DNA from: an archaeon
GTDB lineage: Archaea > Nanobdellota > Nanobdellia > Pacearchaeales > GW2011-AR1
Direction: 5' to 3'
Length of the DNA stretch: 56,392 bases
NCBI GenBank assembly: GCA_009992175.1
Contig: JAACWA010000015.1
Span: 1-56,392 of the forward strand
Shown piece by piece: positions 1-9,691 of the stretch. The position numbers were made by a program, and so were the translations under genes. The number at the start of each line of letters is the position of its first letter. Within the stretch, counting starts at the first letter, position 1. Under the pieces are notes generated by a model. It saw nothing but the letters and a program-made list of their open reading frames with translations. It ran no database searches and was not told the DNA's origin.

Positions 1-75
1 GAGCTATGGGTGGTTATAAGAAAACAAAGTAAGAATTCGTTTTTAAAAGTTTGGATAAATAAAGAATAGATTCAA

Positions 76-1446
76 TTATTCACTCTTTTGGTCAGCGAGG
101 AAGAAAGCCTTATTTGAATTAACTTCCTTTTGTTTTCCTTCTCTTTCAAACATTGCATAAGCTGAAGGGAGAGCAAAACGACCTAGAACTCCAACTCTAG
201 AGTAAATTACATATGACAGCATTCTCTTTTCTCCAGCTTCAAGTGTTCCAAGTTCCCACTCAAACATTCTCTTTGTTTTGTTAAACCTTTTTGGAGTTTC
301 TCCTCCAAACCTTTCATAAATTTTAACTAATGGAGGAAGCCTGTCAAAGATTCTTACATTTTCAATGAACTTTCTTGATTCAATGTTAATCATAATTTTT
401 AGAGCAAATTCTCCCCCTTTTGCATTCATAAATGAAACTCTTTTTCTTAAGACTATATCTGTTTTAGAATATTTCCTTGCAAAAATAACAGTTAAAATAA
501 CTAAAAGAATTACTAAAAATGGAATAAACCAATTAGTTTTTACTTCAACTTCAAAGGATTCACCTGGATTAATTTTTTTGTTCCAGATATAACTAACAGT
601 AAATCCATCTCTACTAACTGTGTTTGGTTCTGGAGAAAAAGTTGTAAAAATTCTTGAAATACTATTCTTTTTAACAAGAGTTGAAGAATCTTGAACAGTA
701 TTTCCCTCATTAAACTTTTTAATTAAAGTTGTGGAAATAATAAGTCCATATTCTTTTACATCTTCCCTTAAAATATTCTTTTCTTTAAAATCAATACTTT
801 CTTCAATATGGGCTGAAATATCTTTTATTTCTAAGTCTGAAAGAAGGGTATAAAATCCTGCAGTTAATTTTGAGAAATCATCTTTATTTAATTCAATTTT
901 AAAGTCCTCTTTTCCATAGGGAGGAATGTCTACAACTCTATCCTCTTCGAAAAATGGAGAAGATAAATGAACTTTTAATCCCTTAAAATCAAAGTTTACT
1001 TGGTTTTCTAAATAAATATTAACTGAACCCGATTCAGGATTAATTGAATCCGCTCCAAGTTTGAACGCATCTTTTAATTCTATTACCCTAACTGTTAACT
1101 TTTCTTCAACTTCAGACTTATTATCTCCCTGAACAAAATAAGGAAATGAAACTTGTCCTCTTAATTTTAAATCACTTCTTGGAGAAACTTTAAACTCAAC
1201 TAATTTAGTTTCACCAGCGTTTATTTGTATTGATTCATTTGGAGAAACTACTGGTCCAAAAAAAGTATAAAAAGAAAATTCATCTGAAGCACCATTATTT
1301 GTTACATTCAAAATAAAATTTGCTGGACTTTGTAATCCTGCAACCATAATCTCTTTATCTGAGACTTTTTGAATGTTTAAATTTACTGCCAAAACTGGTT
1401 GAATTAGGAAAAGCATTAAAATCAAAATAAAATACATTTTTTTCAT
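76..1446 (-). CDS. hypothetical envelope protein (signal peptide plus one C-proximal TM helix)
   Basis: 456-aa ORF. N-terminus MKKMYFILILMLFLIQPVLA looks like a signal peptide. Hydrophobic WFIPFLVILLVILTVIFA lies about two thirds in. No family motif recognised. Confidence 0.6.
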   Translation of the reverse strand: MKKMYFILILMLFLIQPVLAVNLNIQKVSDKEIMVAGLQSPANFILNVTNNGASDEFSFYTFFGPVVSPNESIQINAGETKLVEFKVSPRSDLKLRGQVSFPYFVQGDNKSEVEEKLTVRVIELKDAFKLGADSINPESGSVNIYLENQVNFDFKGLKVHLSSPFFEEDRVVDIPPYGKEDFKIELNKDDFSKLTAGFYTLLSDLEIKDISAHIEESIDFKEKNILREDVKEYGLIISTTLIKKFNEGNTVQDSSTLVKKNSISRIFTTFSPEPNTVSRDGFTVSYIWNKKINPGESFEVEVKTNWFIPFLVILLVILTVIFARKYSKTDIVLRKRVSFMNAKGGEFALKIMINIESRKFIENVRIFDRLPPLVKIYERFGGETPKRFNKTKRMFEWELGTLEAGEKRMLSYVIYSRVGVLGRFALPSAYAMFEREGKQKEVNSNKAFFLADQKSE

Positions 1447-1503
1447 GTTAAAAAATCGTAGATTTTCTATTTAAACATTTCTATAGTTAATTGAAGAAGA
1501 AAA

Positions 1504-2010
1504 TTATTTATCTGCGCTTTCTAAATCTAAAAAAGACTTAGCTTGACCTAAAAATTCATCAGAAATTCCCGAAAGTTTATCCTCAAACTCTTCTATTCTT
1601 TGAGAAATAATCCACTTTTCATAAATTCCTCTCCAAATTTTCATTCTTCCAGAGGTCTCAAACTTCCCATCATAGTCTCTAACTAAAGAAGACTTCAATT
1701 TTAGAGTAATTGAACCACTATTTGTTTTAACTTTCGCTCCTCCACGATTAACTTCTACTTCACTTAGTTGGTCAATTCTAAAATCGAGTTTAATTTCAAA
1801 CTGAAAATAATCTGTAATATCCTTATTACAAATCCATTTGAATTTTACTTCCTTTGTTGGACCCCCTATTTTCTCTCCATACTCACTTTCCTCTACTTCC
1901 ATCCCTTTCTCTTCAGTTAACCAATTATAACAAAATTGATAAAAGTCTTTAAAATTAAAATAGCCCTTATAACTTATCTTACTTGAATACACCTCATCTT
2001 GCTCTGACAT
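1504..2010 (-). CDS. hypothetical protein
   Basis: 168-aa ORF with protein-like composition and no competing ORF. No motif recognised. Confidence 0.5.
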   Translation of the reverse strand: MSEQDEVYSSKISYKGYFNFKDFYQFCYNWLTEEKGMEVEESEYGEKIGGPTKEVKFKWICNKDITDYFQFEIKLDFRIDQLSEVEVNRGGAKVKTNSGSITLKLKSSLVRDYDGKFETSGRMKIWRGIYEKWIISQRIEEFEDKLSGISDEFLGQAKSFLDLESADK

Positions 2011-2056
2011 GAAAATAATATGAATTTTTATTTTAAATATTCTTCTGTTGCATAAA

Positions 2057-2066
2057 TCTTTAAATA
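2057..2066 (+). promoter_or_regulatory. TATA-box-like element upstream of thermosome gene
   Basis: tctttaaata centred about 26 nt upstream of the ATG at 2088. Same spacing as other units in this window. Confidence 0.45.
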
Positions 2067-2087
2067 ATTGAGAAAAGTTCAGATTGT

Positions 2088-3704
2088 ATGGTAAACAAAG
2101 GGGATTTTATGTCTGAAAATGTTGAGAGAACTGTTGGACGTGATGCTCAGAGAAATAATATCTTAGCAGCAAAACTTGTAAGTGAGGTAGTTAAAACTAC
2201 TCTTGGCCCAAAAGGGATGGATAAAATGTTAGTTAGCCCTACTAATGAAATTATTGTTACAAATGATGGAGTAACAATTCTTAGTGAGATGCAAATTGAA
2301 CATCCTGCAGCAAAAATGATGGTTGAGATTGCTAAAACTCAAGAAAAAGAAGTGGGAGATGGAACAACTACTTCAGTTATGATTGCAGGTAAACTTTTAG
2401 AAAATGCTGAAAAACTTCTTGACAAAAAAATTCATCCAACAGTTATTGTTAAAGGTTACCGAATGGCTCAAGAAAAAGCTCAAGAAATTTTAAGTGAAAT
2501 TTCATTAAAAATTGCTCCTGAAAATGAAGAAATTTTAAAACAAATTGCTATGACTGCTATGACTGGCAAAGGTGCTGAGGGTGAAAAAGAAAGGTTTTCA
2601 GAAATTTTAGTTAGAGCAGTAAAATTAGTTCAAACTGGAAATAAGGTCGACAGCGACGACATAAAAATAGAAAAAGTTGTAGGAGAAGGAATAAGGGATA
2701 CTGAACTAGTCAAAGGAATTATAATTGACAAAGAAAGAATTTCAAAAGAAATGCCTTCTTTTGTTCAAAATTCTAAAGTATTGGTTATTGATTTTCCTCT
2801 TGAAATAAAAAGTCCTGAGGTTGATACCAAAATTTCTATAACAAGTCATTCCGAATTACAAAATTTCTTGAATGAAGAAGAGAAATCAATTAAAAATATG
2901 GTTGAAAAAATTGTTGCGACTGGATGTAATGTACTTTTTTGCCAAAAAGGAATTGATGACTTTGCGAGATACCTCTTGTCTAAAGCTGGAATTTATGTTT
3001 GTAGAAGGGTTGGAAGGTCTGACATTGAAAGAATTTCAAAAGCAACTCAAACAAAAATTATTTCTAATTTAAATGAAATTGACTCGGTTTTATTGGGAGA
3101 AGCTGGAAGTGTTGAGGAAATAAAATCTGGTGGAGAATATTTAACTTATTTAAGAGATTGTAAAAATCCTAAATTAGTTACAATTCTTGTTCATGGGGGG
3201 ACAAAACATGTTGTTGATGAGATTGGTCGTGCATTGCTTGATGGGCTTCTTGATATCTCTAGTGCTCTTGAAAGTGGACTTGTAGTTCCTGGAGGGGGGG
3301 CAATTGAAATTGAAATAGCAAAAAGACTAAAAGAATTTGGACAAACTCTTCCTGGTCGTGAACAGCTTGCAGTTGAAGAATTTGCAAATGCTTTGGAGTT
3401 TATTCCGATTACTTTAGCTGAAAATGCGGGAATTGACCCAATTGATGTTTTAACTGAACTAAAAGCAAAACATGATTCAGGGGATATGAATGCCGGAATA
3501 AACCTTTTTACTAATAGAGTTGAAAATGTTTTAAATTCAAAAATAATTGAACCCGCTAAAATAAAAATTCAGGCAATAAATTCAGCGACGGATGTTGCAA
3601 CGATGATCCTTAGAATTGATGACATTATTCTTTCAAAACCAAACAAAAAAGGAAGAATGAATGACCTTGGAAGTTTACCTAATTATATGGAAGGGTTGAG
3701 TTAA
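2088..3704 (+). CDS. ths: thermosome subunit (group II chaperonin)
   Basis: 538 aa with group II chaperonin signatures [24 protein letters not shown] and a typical C-terminal region. Confidence 0.95.
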   Translation: MVNKGDFMSENVERTVGRDAQRNNILAAKLVSEVVKTTLGPKGMDKMLVSPTNEIIVTNDGVTILSEMQIEHPAAKMMVEIAKTQEKEVGDGTTTSVMIAGKLLENAEKLLDKKIHPTVIVKGYRMAQEKAQEILSEISLKIAPENEEILKQIAMTAMTGKGAEGEKERFSEILVRAVKLVQTGNKVDSDDIKIEKVVGEGIRDTELVKGIIIDKERISKEMPSFVQNSKVLVIDFPLEIKSPEVDTKISITSHSELQNFLNEEEKSIKNMVEKIVATGCNVLFCQKGIDDFARYLLSKAGIYVCRRVGRSDIERISKATQTKIISNLNEIDSVLLGEAGSVEEIKSGGEYLTYLRDCKNPKLVTILVHGGTKHVVDEIGRALLDGLLDISSALESGLVVPGGGAIEIEIAKRLKEFGQTLPGREQLAVEEFANALEFIPITLAENAGIDPIDVLTELKAKHDSGDMNAGINLFTNRVENVLNSKIIEPAKIKIQAINSATDVATMILRIDDIILSKPNKKGRMNDLGSLPNYMEGLS

Positions 3705-3735
3705 CTTTTTATATCCTTTTTTTATTTTTTAGTTT

Positions 3736-4842
3736 ATGAATTACCACCTCATCCTAACTGAAAAGTGTAACCTTCGTTGTAAATATTGTTATGAAAAATC
3801 TATGGCTGAGTTTGATAATGGACTTGGGAAAAAATGGGAGTATGACAACGAAACTCCCTTTGACAGTGAAGTTGAAATAAAAAAAATAAAAAATTTTGTA
3901 AAACCAACTGACAGACTTATTTTTTATGGAGGGGAACCTCTTGTAATGAGTAAAAAAATAAAAGAGATTATGAATAACTTGGATTCGAAATTTGGTATCC
4001 AGACAAATGGTTTACTTTTGAAAAGACTTCCTTTTGAATATATTAAGAAAATAGATAAAATGCTTATTTCTATTGATGGGGAAGAAGAAAGAACTGATTT
4101 TAATCGTGGAAAAGGTACTTACAATTTAGTTTTAAAAAATTTAAAAAAATTAAGAAGTCTTGGATATAATGGGGAAGTTGTTGCGAGAATGACTTTAAAC
4201 TTTCCTGATGTTTTTCGACAAGTTAAAAGTATAATAAGTTTAATAGATGAAAAGGTTTTCAATTCAGTGCATTGGCAAATTGATGCTGGGTTTTACAAAT
4301 TTGACTTTGATAAAATTAAATTTACTAAATTTGTAGAAGAATATAACAATGAAATAACTAAATTGATTAATTTTTGGGTTGAAAAAATGCACGACGGAAA
4401 AGTATACAAAATTTATCCTTTTCTTGGAATTTTTAATCGCTTGGTTGGATATGACAAAGAAACTCGTCTTCCGTGTGGTTCTGGATATAAAAACTTCACA
4501 ATAAACACTTCTGGAAAGGTTTCAGCTTGCCCAATTATGAATTCAGTTAAAAAATTTTATTGTGGAGACATAGAGAAGGGTATCCAAAAAGAAATTATAA
4601 TTGAAGATTTAGAGTGTCAAAAATGCTCAGTTAAAGATATTTGCGGAGGACGTTGCATTTATTGGAGGGATGCAAAACTTTGGCCTCCTGAGGGAGATGA
4701 ATTAATTTGTAACACTATAAAACATTTAATTGATTCAATTAGAAAAAAAGTTCCTGAAATTGAAAAACTTCTTGATGAGAAAATTGTTAAAAAAGAACAG
4801 TTTGATTTTGAAAAATATTTTGGGCCAGAAATTATTCCTTAG
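3736..4842 (+). CDS. radical SAM enzyme with SPASM-like C-terminal Cys cluster (putative peptide/protein maturase)
   Basis: CNLRCKYC (Cx3Cx2C) at aa 11-18. C-terminal cysteine-rich region (CGSGYKN...SACP...CQKCSVKDICGGRC) resembles auxiliary Fe-S SPASM/twitch domains. Confidence 0.8.
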   Translation: MNYHLILTEKCNLRCKYCYEKSMAEFDNGLGKKWEYDNETPFDSEVEIKKIKNFVKPTDRLIFYGGEPLVMSKKIKEIMNNLDSKFGIQTNGLLLKRLPFEYIKKIDKMLISIDGEEERTDFNRGKGTYNLVLKNLKKLRSLGYNGEVVARMTLNFPDVFRQVKSIISLIDEKVFNSVHWQIDAGFYKFDFDKIKFTKFVEEYNNEITKLINFWVEKMHDGKVYKIYPFLGIFNRLVGYDKETRLPCGSGYKNFTINTSGKVSACPIMNSVKKFYCGDIEKGIQKEIIIEDLECQKCSVKDICGGRCIYWRDAKLWPPEGDELICNTIKHLIDSIRKKVPEIEKLLDEKIVKKEQFDFEKYFGPEIIP

Positions 4843-4869
4843 GGGAATTTTAAATCTAAAAAATTAAAA

Positions 4870-5229
4870 TTATTCTTTTAAATCTCTTAAACATTCAAAA
4901 ATTTTTGATCTTTTTACTTTTTCAAGATATTTATCAAATTCTTTTTGAGCTTCCCATATCACTGCTTCACCAATTGCATTCTTCCAAGAATAAGTATTGG
5001 TTTTACCATCCTTTGTTATTTCGACATAATCTACTCTTAAATCATCACCAAGATTATCAATATATTTTATAATTTTTCCATCTCTTTTCTTCACCGTTAA
5101 TATGTTTTTGTTATTCATTCCATCACTGTTAAAATTTACTTCTTCTCCATCAATATTTTTGTTAAATTCTAGACCATTGTAAGTTCCATTACATTGGCAT
5201 CCACCTATAACTAAAGCTCCAGAAAGCAT
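4870..5229 (-). CDS. small secreted/lipoprotein-like protein
   Basis: 119-aa ORF. N-terminus LSGALVIGGC resembles a lipobox. The in-frame upstream sequence reads KRKKDLTLITL but has no canonical start codon, so the start is uncertain. Confidence 0.5.
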   Translation of the reverse strand: MLSGALVIGGCQCNGTYNGLEFNKNIDGEEVNFNSDGMNNKNILTVKKRDGKIIKYIDNLGDDLRVDYVEITKDGKTNTYSWKNAIGEAVIWEAQKEFDKYLEKVKRSKIFECLRDLKE

Positions 5230-5270
5230 TAGTGTAATAAGGGTTAAATCTTTTTTCCTTTTATCAAATT

Positions 5271-5783
5271 TTATTTCTTTCCAGGATTACAATTCTGGCA
5301 AGGATGGAACTTTTTCTTTTTAAAATAAGTATTGGTATTTCGAAGTACTAGGTGTTCTTTTTTTATCATCCCTGAAAATCTACACTTTTCTTTGTGATAA
5401 GTGTTTTGTAAAGTTGAACCATAATACTTGAACTTCTTCACTGGTTCTTTTGTTTTGTCAACGTAAACAGTTTTTATTACTGGTTTCTCAACAATTTTAT
5501 CAACGTATTTAATTACTGGTTTCTCAATTATTTTTTCTACTGGTCTATCAATAAATTTGTTTACAATTTTTCTTTTATTAATTTCTAGCCATATCCCTTT
5601 AAACCTTAATACTAAGATTAAAAGAATAATATAAGTTAAAAGTAGGTATATCAATAAAGAAATTTGTGCTTTATCTCCGAGGTTAAAAGTGCTAACACTT
5701 CCAATAAAAAAGAAAATCATTGATATAGCTAAAACTGCCAGTAAGATTATGTCAAAGATTGTTAAAAATTTTCTTGATTCCAT
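5271..5783 (-). CDS. membrane protein with EKPVIK-type repeats and C-terminal Cys/His motif
   Basis: 170 aa with two N-terminal TM helices and repeated (I/V)EKPVIK units. The C-terminal YHKEKC...HPCQNCNP looks like a metal-binding motif. Start is 1 nt from the stop of the upstream gene. Confidence 0.6.
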   Translation of the reverse strand: MESRKFLTIFDIILLAVLAISMIFFFIGSVSTFNLGDKAQISLLIYLLLTYIILLILVLRFKGIWLEINKRKIVNKFIDRPVEKIIEKPVIKYVDKIVEKPVIKTVYVDKTKEPVKKFKYYGSTLQNTYHKEKCRFSGMIKKEHLVLRNTNTYFKKKKFHPCQNCNPGKK

Positions 5784-5784
5784 T

Positions 5785-7524
5785 TTATCTGAATAAATTT
5801 GAAATCCAAAGCAAGATTCTTTGAATTATATTTAATTTATTGCCTTCGTCCAAATTTAAATAAATGTATTCTTCAGTAGATACTTTTCCAGGATAATTTT
5901 TTTTGTTTTCAGGAATTGTTTCATTGAGTGGACCATTATTTCTTGAACTACAGGATTTACAACCAATTTTATCATCTGTTTTGTCTTCCTTAACTTCAAA
6001 AGTAACTGGTTTACATACAACTTCAGTAGAAGTTTTGGCACAGAAAGTTACAGTATGAGTTCCAATACTTAGACTTAATGAACTTGATATAAAAGTTAAT
6101 GAGGAACTCTCAGCCATTGTAACATTTGCTCCAGAATCTAAACTATATGTTACATTTGAAAATTTATTTACAATTGCTTTAAAGATTATGTTTCCTTTAA
6201 TTATTTCTCCATTTGTCGGAACAATAGGAGTTATCTCCAGTGGACTTGTGGGAGAAGTTATTACCGTAAAAACTACTGTATCACTACCAATATTGCCAGC
6301 AACGTCTTTTGCATATACTTTCCAAGTATTCAATCCTTGTTTTGATATAATTGAGTTAATTGTGTTTGTTCCATTAACACAAGAGAATGAAACATTTCCA
6401 CTTCCAAGGTCATACCAACATTGAGCTAAATGATCTTCAGTAATTATTGTAACCATTTGAGTTTTGTTATAATTGTAAACTGCTCCATTTATTGGATCAC
6501 TTATTTTTACTATCGGGGCAGTTGTATCTATCACAGGTATATTTACTGTAAAAGTAATGGTATCACTACCGACGTTACCCTCAAGGTCAGTACATTGAAC
6601 TGTCCAGGTATTTACTCCATTAATAGAAGTAATTCCTGAAACAACATTATCTCCATTTGTTGGTGAGGAAACTGAAGAAAAATGTGTTCCATCTAAACTA
6701 TAAACACAAAATCTTAAATTGTCTTCTTGAACATTAAAAGTCAAACCTGTTCTTTGTGAACTATAAGTTGCTCCATTTATTGGATCCTTTATTTTTACTA
6801 CTGGAAGAGTTGTATCGGCTGGACTTTGAACTGTAAAAACCACCGTATCACTTCCTACATTACCTGAAAGGTCTTTTGCATATACTTTCCAGGTATTGCT
6901 TCCTTGTTTTGAAATAATTGAATTGATTGTGTTTGTTCCATCATTACATGAAAAAGAAACATTTTCAGAACCTAAGTCATACCAACATTCTTTTAGGTTA
7001 TCCTCAGTAATTGTTGCAACCATTTGAGTTTTGTTTACAGTATATATTGCCCCATTTGTTGGACTCAATATATTTACAACTGGAGAATTTGTATCAACTA
7101 CAATTTTTTTCAAAATTTTAATTTCTAGAGTTGAATAATCCTTTTCTCCACTTAAAGAAGTTGCACTAAATTTTAAAGTGTAAGTTCCAGGAATTAGAAT
7201 TGCAGTATTTAGGGTGTAAATATTATTATACAAATAAGAAAGAGTTGTTTGCTCTACTCCCTCTTTATTTTCTTGTAAAATAAGTGTTGAACCAATTTCA
7301 AGTTTTTCAAGACTTAATTTTTCTCCATGTGAATATGCAACCATTACTAAATTTACAGTGTCTCCCTGTGTTAATGTTTTTGAAGTTGCACTTACATTAT
7401 CTTCATATTTTAAGAAAGTGTTAACAGTACATCCTGATGGACAAGAAGCAGCACTAACTAGAATAGGAACTAAAAGTAAAGAAATAAGGAAGATTCCAAA
7501 TATAATTTTTGATTTTGTTTTCAT
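5785..7524 (-). CDS. secreted surface protein with three tandem Ig-like repeats
   Basis: 579 aa with a signal peptide (IIFGIFLISLLLVPILVSAAS). Three units of about 90 aa each end in GN(V/I)GSDT(V/I)(V/T)FTV. C-terminal hydrophobic tail. Confidence 0.8.
   Translation of the reverse strand: MKTKSKIIFGIFLISLLLVPILVSAASCPSGCTVNTFLKYEDNVSATSKTLTQGDTVNLVMVAYSHGEKLSLEKLEIGSTLILQENKEGVEQTTLSYLYNNIYTLNTAILIPGTYTLKFSATSLSGEKDYSTLEIKILKKIVVDTNSPVVNILSPTNGAIYTVNKTQMVATITEDNLKECWYDLGSENVSFSCNDGTNTINSIISKQGSNTWKVYAKDLSGNVGSDTVVFTVQSPADTTLPVVKIKDPINGATYSSQRTGLTFNVQEDNLRFCVYSLDGTHFSSVSSPTNGDNVVSGITSINGVNTWTVQCTDLEGNVGSDTITFTVNIPVIDTTAPIVKISDPINGAVYNYNKTQMVTIITEDHLAQCWYDLGSGNVSFSCVNGTNTINSIISKQGLNTWKVYAKDVAGNIGSDTVVFTVITSPTSPLEITPIVPTNGEIIKGNIIFKAIVNKFSNVTYSLDSGANVTMAESSSLTFISSSLSLSIGTHTVTFCAKTSTEVVCKPVTFEVKEDKTDDKIGCKSCSSRNNGPLNETIPENKKNYPGKVSTEEYIYLNLDEGNKLNIIQRILLWISNLFR
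6262..7092 (-). repeat. three tandem ~270-nt coding repeats (domain duplication) inside the surface-protein gene
   Basis: Repeat A is aa 145-232 (nt 6829..7092), B is aa 238-327 (6544..6813) and C is aa 335-421 (6262..6522). A and C are clearly similar at the DNA level (shared strings such as tcttttgcatatactttcca and ttgtgtttgttccat). Confidence 0.8.
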
Positions 7525-7526
7525 TT

Positions 7527-8816
7527 TTAAAAGTCGTACCTGATTCCCCCATATATTTTTACCCCTTCATTTTGAACTTTTCCCAAAATTTTTTCTATTC
7601 CTGCAGTAACCTTAAAATTTTTTTCTTTAAATGGAGCAAGATAAGCTTGAACTTTTGCTGATGGAACTAATCCCTTTTCTGTAGAAGAGTTTGTAAAACA
7701 ATAGGGTTTAGATTCAATTACTTTTTTTCCTTCAAGAAACTCATCAACTCCTTGTGAAGTTAAAGTTGTTGTTTTAGTTTGATATTTTGCTCCTCCAGAA
7801 ACTCCAAGTCCAAAAGTTCCGTTTTCAGTATACCAATTTAATCTGGCTCCTAATCCCCAAGTTCTTTTAGCATTGATATTTTCAACTATATCTCCAGAAG
7901 TTCTTGTGTAAAATTCAAGTTGTTGATTTAACAATTCTGTTTTTTCTACATGTTTTGAATAACTTTGATTAAATTTGTCTATATTCCATTCAACATAAAG
8001 TCCACCCCAAAGACTTCCAGCTTCTCCAGAAGTTAATTTGAAATTTGGACCAGTTCTTAGAGACCAACCACTCTCTCTATCAATTGCTTTTGAAGCTTCA
8101 ACATCCCATGTAAAATTGTCCTCATTCTTTTTTTCTTCTTCAATTCTCTTTTTTTCTTGTTCTGTAAGATAATCTAATTTTTCATTTGCACTATCTAATT
8201 TTTTTGAATTTGCATTTACTACTGAATCAATTCCAGATATTTTCCCTTCAAGACCATCAACTTTTTGTCCAATGCTATCTACTTTTCCTCGAATGTACTT
8301 AACATCATTAAATATAAGAGAATCTAAAACTGAAGCAGTTGGAGCCTCAAATTTTTGAAGATAAAGTTGATGGGGGTCAAAATAGAATGAAGAGATGGGC
8401 GTATTTTTGTTACCAACATTCCCTTTTTCATCACAAATATTAACATTAATCCCATTTCTTAGAACAATTCCAATTGGTTTTGCAGTTCTGTAATTAATAT
8501 TTTTTGGAACTTGAAGTTTTATTCCTGAGGTGTCTTTGTTAAACCAAACACCAATTCCAACAGGATAATTTCCTGAAAGAGAAATTTTTGGACTTTTAGA
8601 ATCTTTAATTGATTTTTCAAGTCCTTTGTCAAACTTAAAACCATAAACAGAATAATTTGAATTTGATTCTAAAAGAACTCCCGCTTTAACTCCTCTTTGA
8701 AGATCAGTCTTCTCTTTATTAGAAAGTTGTTGGGCATTAGTATTTGTTAAAAGAAATCCTCCAGCGATTAAAGGAATACTGAGATATTTTATTAAACCAG
8801 ATTTAAACTTTGTCAT
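7527..8816 (-). CDS. secreted protein with coiled-coil middle and OMP-like beta-barrel C-terminal region
   Basis: Start taken at Met24 of the 452-aa ORF (MTKFKSGLIKYLSIPLIAGGFLL signal-like). The C-terminal ~190 aa show alternating-hydrophobic strand patterns and end in KIYGGIRYDF. The alternative start at 8885 is not excluded. Confidence 0.7.
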   Translation of the reverse strand: MTKFKSGLIKYLSIPLIAGGFLLTNTNAQQLSNKEKTDLQRGVKAGVLLESNSNYSVYGFKFDKGLEKSIKDSKSPKISLSGNYPVGIGVWFNKDTSGIKLQVPKNINYRTAKPIGIVLRNGINVNICDEKGNVGNKNTPISSFYFDPHQLYLQKFEAPTASVLDSLIFNDVKYIRGKVDSIGQKVDGLEGKISGIDSVVNANSKKLDSANEKLDYLTEQEKKRIEEEKKNEDNFTWDVEASKAIDRESGWSLRTGPNFKLTSGEAGSLWGGLYVEWNIDKFNQSYSKHVEKTELLNQQLEFYTRTSGDIVENINAKRTWGLGARLNWYTENGTFGLGVSGGAKYQTKTTTLTSQGVDEFLEGKKVIESKPYCFTNSSTEKGLVPSAKVQAYLAPFKEKNFKVTAGIEKILGKVQNEGVKIYGGIRYDF

Positions 8817-8913
8817 TCTATAATTATGACATGATTTCACATTTATAAATGTTCTGTTAATTTCACCTTTTAGAAATAGTGACAATAAACCACTACTGGA
8901 AAGTTAAACAAAA

Positions 8914-9657
8914 TCAATTATTAAAAACACTAAAAAGTTTGTTAAAATTATCTTCTATTTGTTTTTCAACTTTGTCTTCAGGATTTTTCCAAATTTCTGA
9001 AATTTTTTTTATTGATTCTTCTATAAATATTGGCTCATTTTCTTTATCCTTGTGAGGGGAAAGGTATGGGGAATCCGTTTCGGTGAGGATTTTTTCTCTT
9101 GGAATTAATTCAAGCATTTTTTGAAAGTGTTCACTTCTATTAACATTTGTTGGAATAGAAAAGTAATATCCCCGTTCTATTCCTTTGGTAATCAGTTTAA
9201 AATTTCCTGAAAAACAATGAAGAAGAACTTTCACTTTTGGAAAACTTTCTAAAATTTCTAAAACTTCTTTCTCTGCTTTTCTTGAATGAATTATTACTGG
9301 AATTTCAAGTTGTTTTGCAAGTTCGAGTTCTTTAATAAAAACTGCTTTTTGTATTTCAAAATTTTCTTTTGTGTGATGTAGATCTAAACCAATTTCCCCG
9401 ATGGCAGTTATAGATTCTTTGTTTTTCCTTACAAAGTTTTCAAAAATATTAAAGTCAGATAATTTCAATTCTTTACCTGGGTATAACCCAACTGCAACTT
9501 TTATTTTGGAAAACATTTTATTTAACTTTAAACTCTTCTTGGAAGTTTTTAGGTCAACTGAATTTGTAATTACTAATTTTATTTTTTTATTTTCTCCAAT
9601 TTCTTTTACTTTTTCTTCAGTTAGCAAATCTAAGTGTGAATGAACGTCTATTATCAT
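8914..9657 (-). CDS. tatD: TatD-family metal-dependent hydrolase/DNase
   Basis: MIIDVHSHLD N-terminus, GEIGLDLH and HSRKAE motifs. Start moved to Met26 because the upstream 25 codons are low-complexity. Confidence 0.85.
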   Translation of the reverse strand: MIIDVHSHLDLLTEEKVKEIGENKKIKLVITNSVDLKTSKKSLKLNKMFSKIKVAVGLYPGKELKLSDFNIFENFVRKNKESITAIGEIGLDLHHTKENFEIQKAVFIKELELAKQLEIPVIIHSRKAEKEVLEILESFPKVKVLLHCFSGNFKLITKGIERGYYFSIPTNVNRSEHFQKMLELIPREKILTETDSPYLSPHKDKENEPIFIEESIKKISEIWKNPEDKVEKQIEDNFNKLFSVFNN

Positions 9658-9691
9658 AATAATTAAATATTCTTTCAAGTTTATTAAATTG

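Noticed and set aside
1-75. Possible 3' end of a plus-strand gene entering the window (frame ending at TAG 67..69).
   Set aside because: Only about 22 codons are visible and no motif is present, so it cannot be supported from this window.
365-592. Track ORFs lying antisense or out of frame inside strongly supported genes. Examples: 365..592, 2872..3072, 5856..6041, 6188..6639, 7358..7543, 9401..9643, 12648..12839, 13828..14136, 16898..17135.
   Set aside because: They overlap longer ORFs that have clear family motifs or signal peptides. Their translations are low-complexity (F/L/I/K/S-rich), typical of shadow frames in AT-rich DNA.
5785-7524. The tandem repeats in the surface protein as a diversity-generating retroelement target (VR/TR pair).
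   Set aside because: No reverse transcriptase gene is nearby. The differences between repeat copies are not confined to adenine positions. All copies are in frame within one gene. Ordinary domain duplication explains them.
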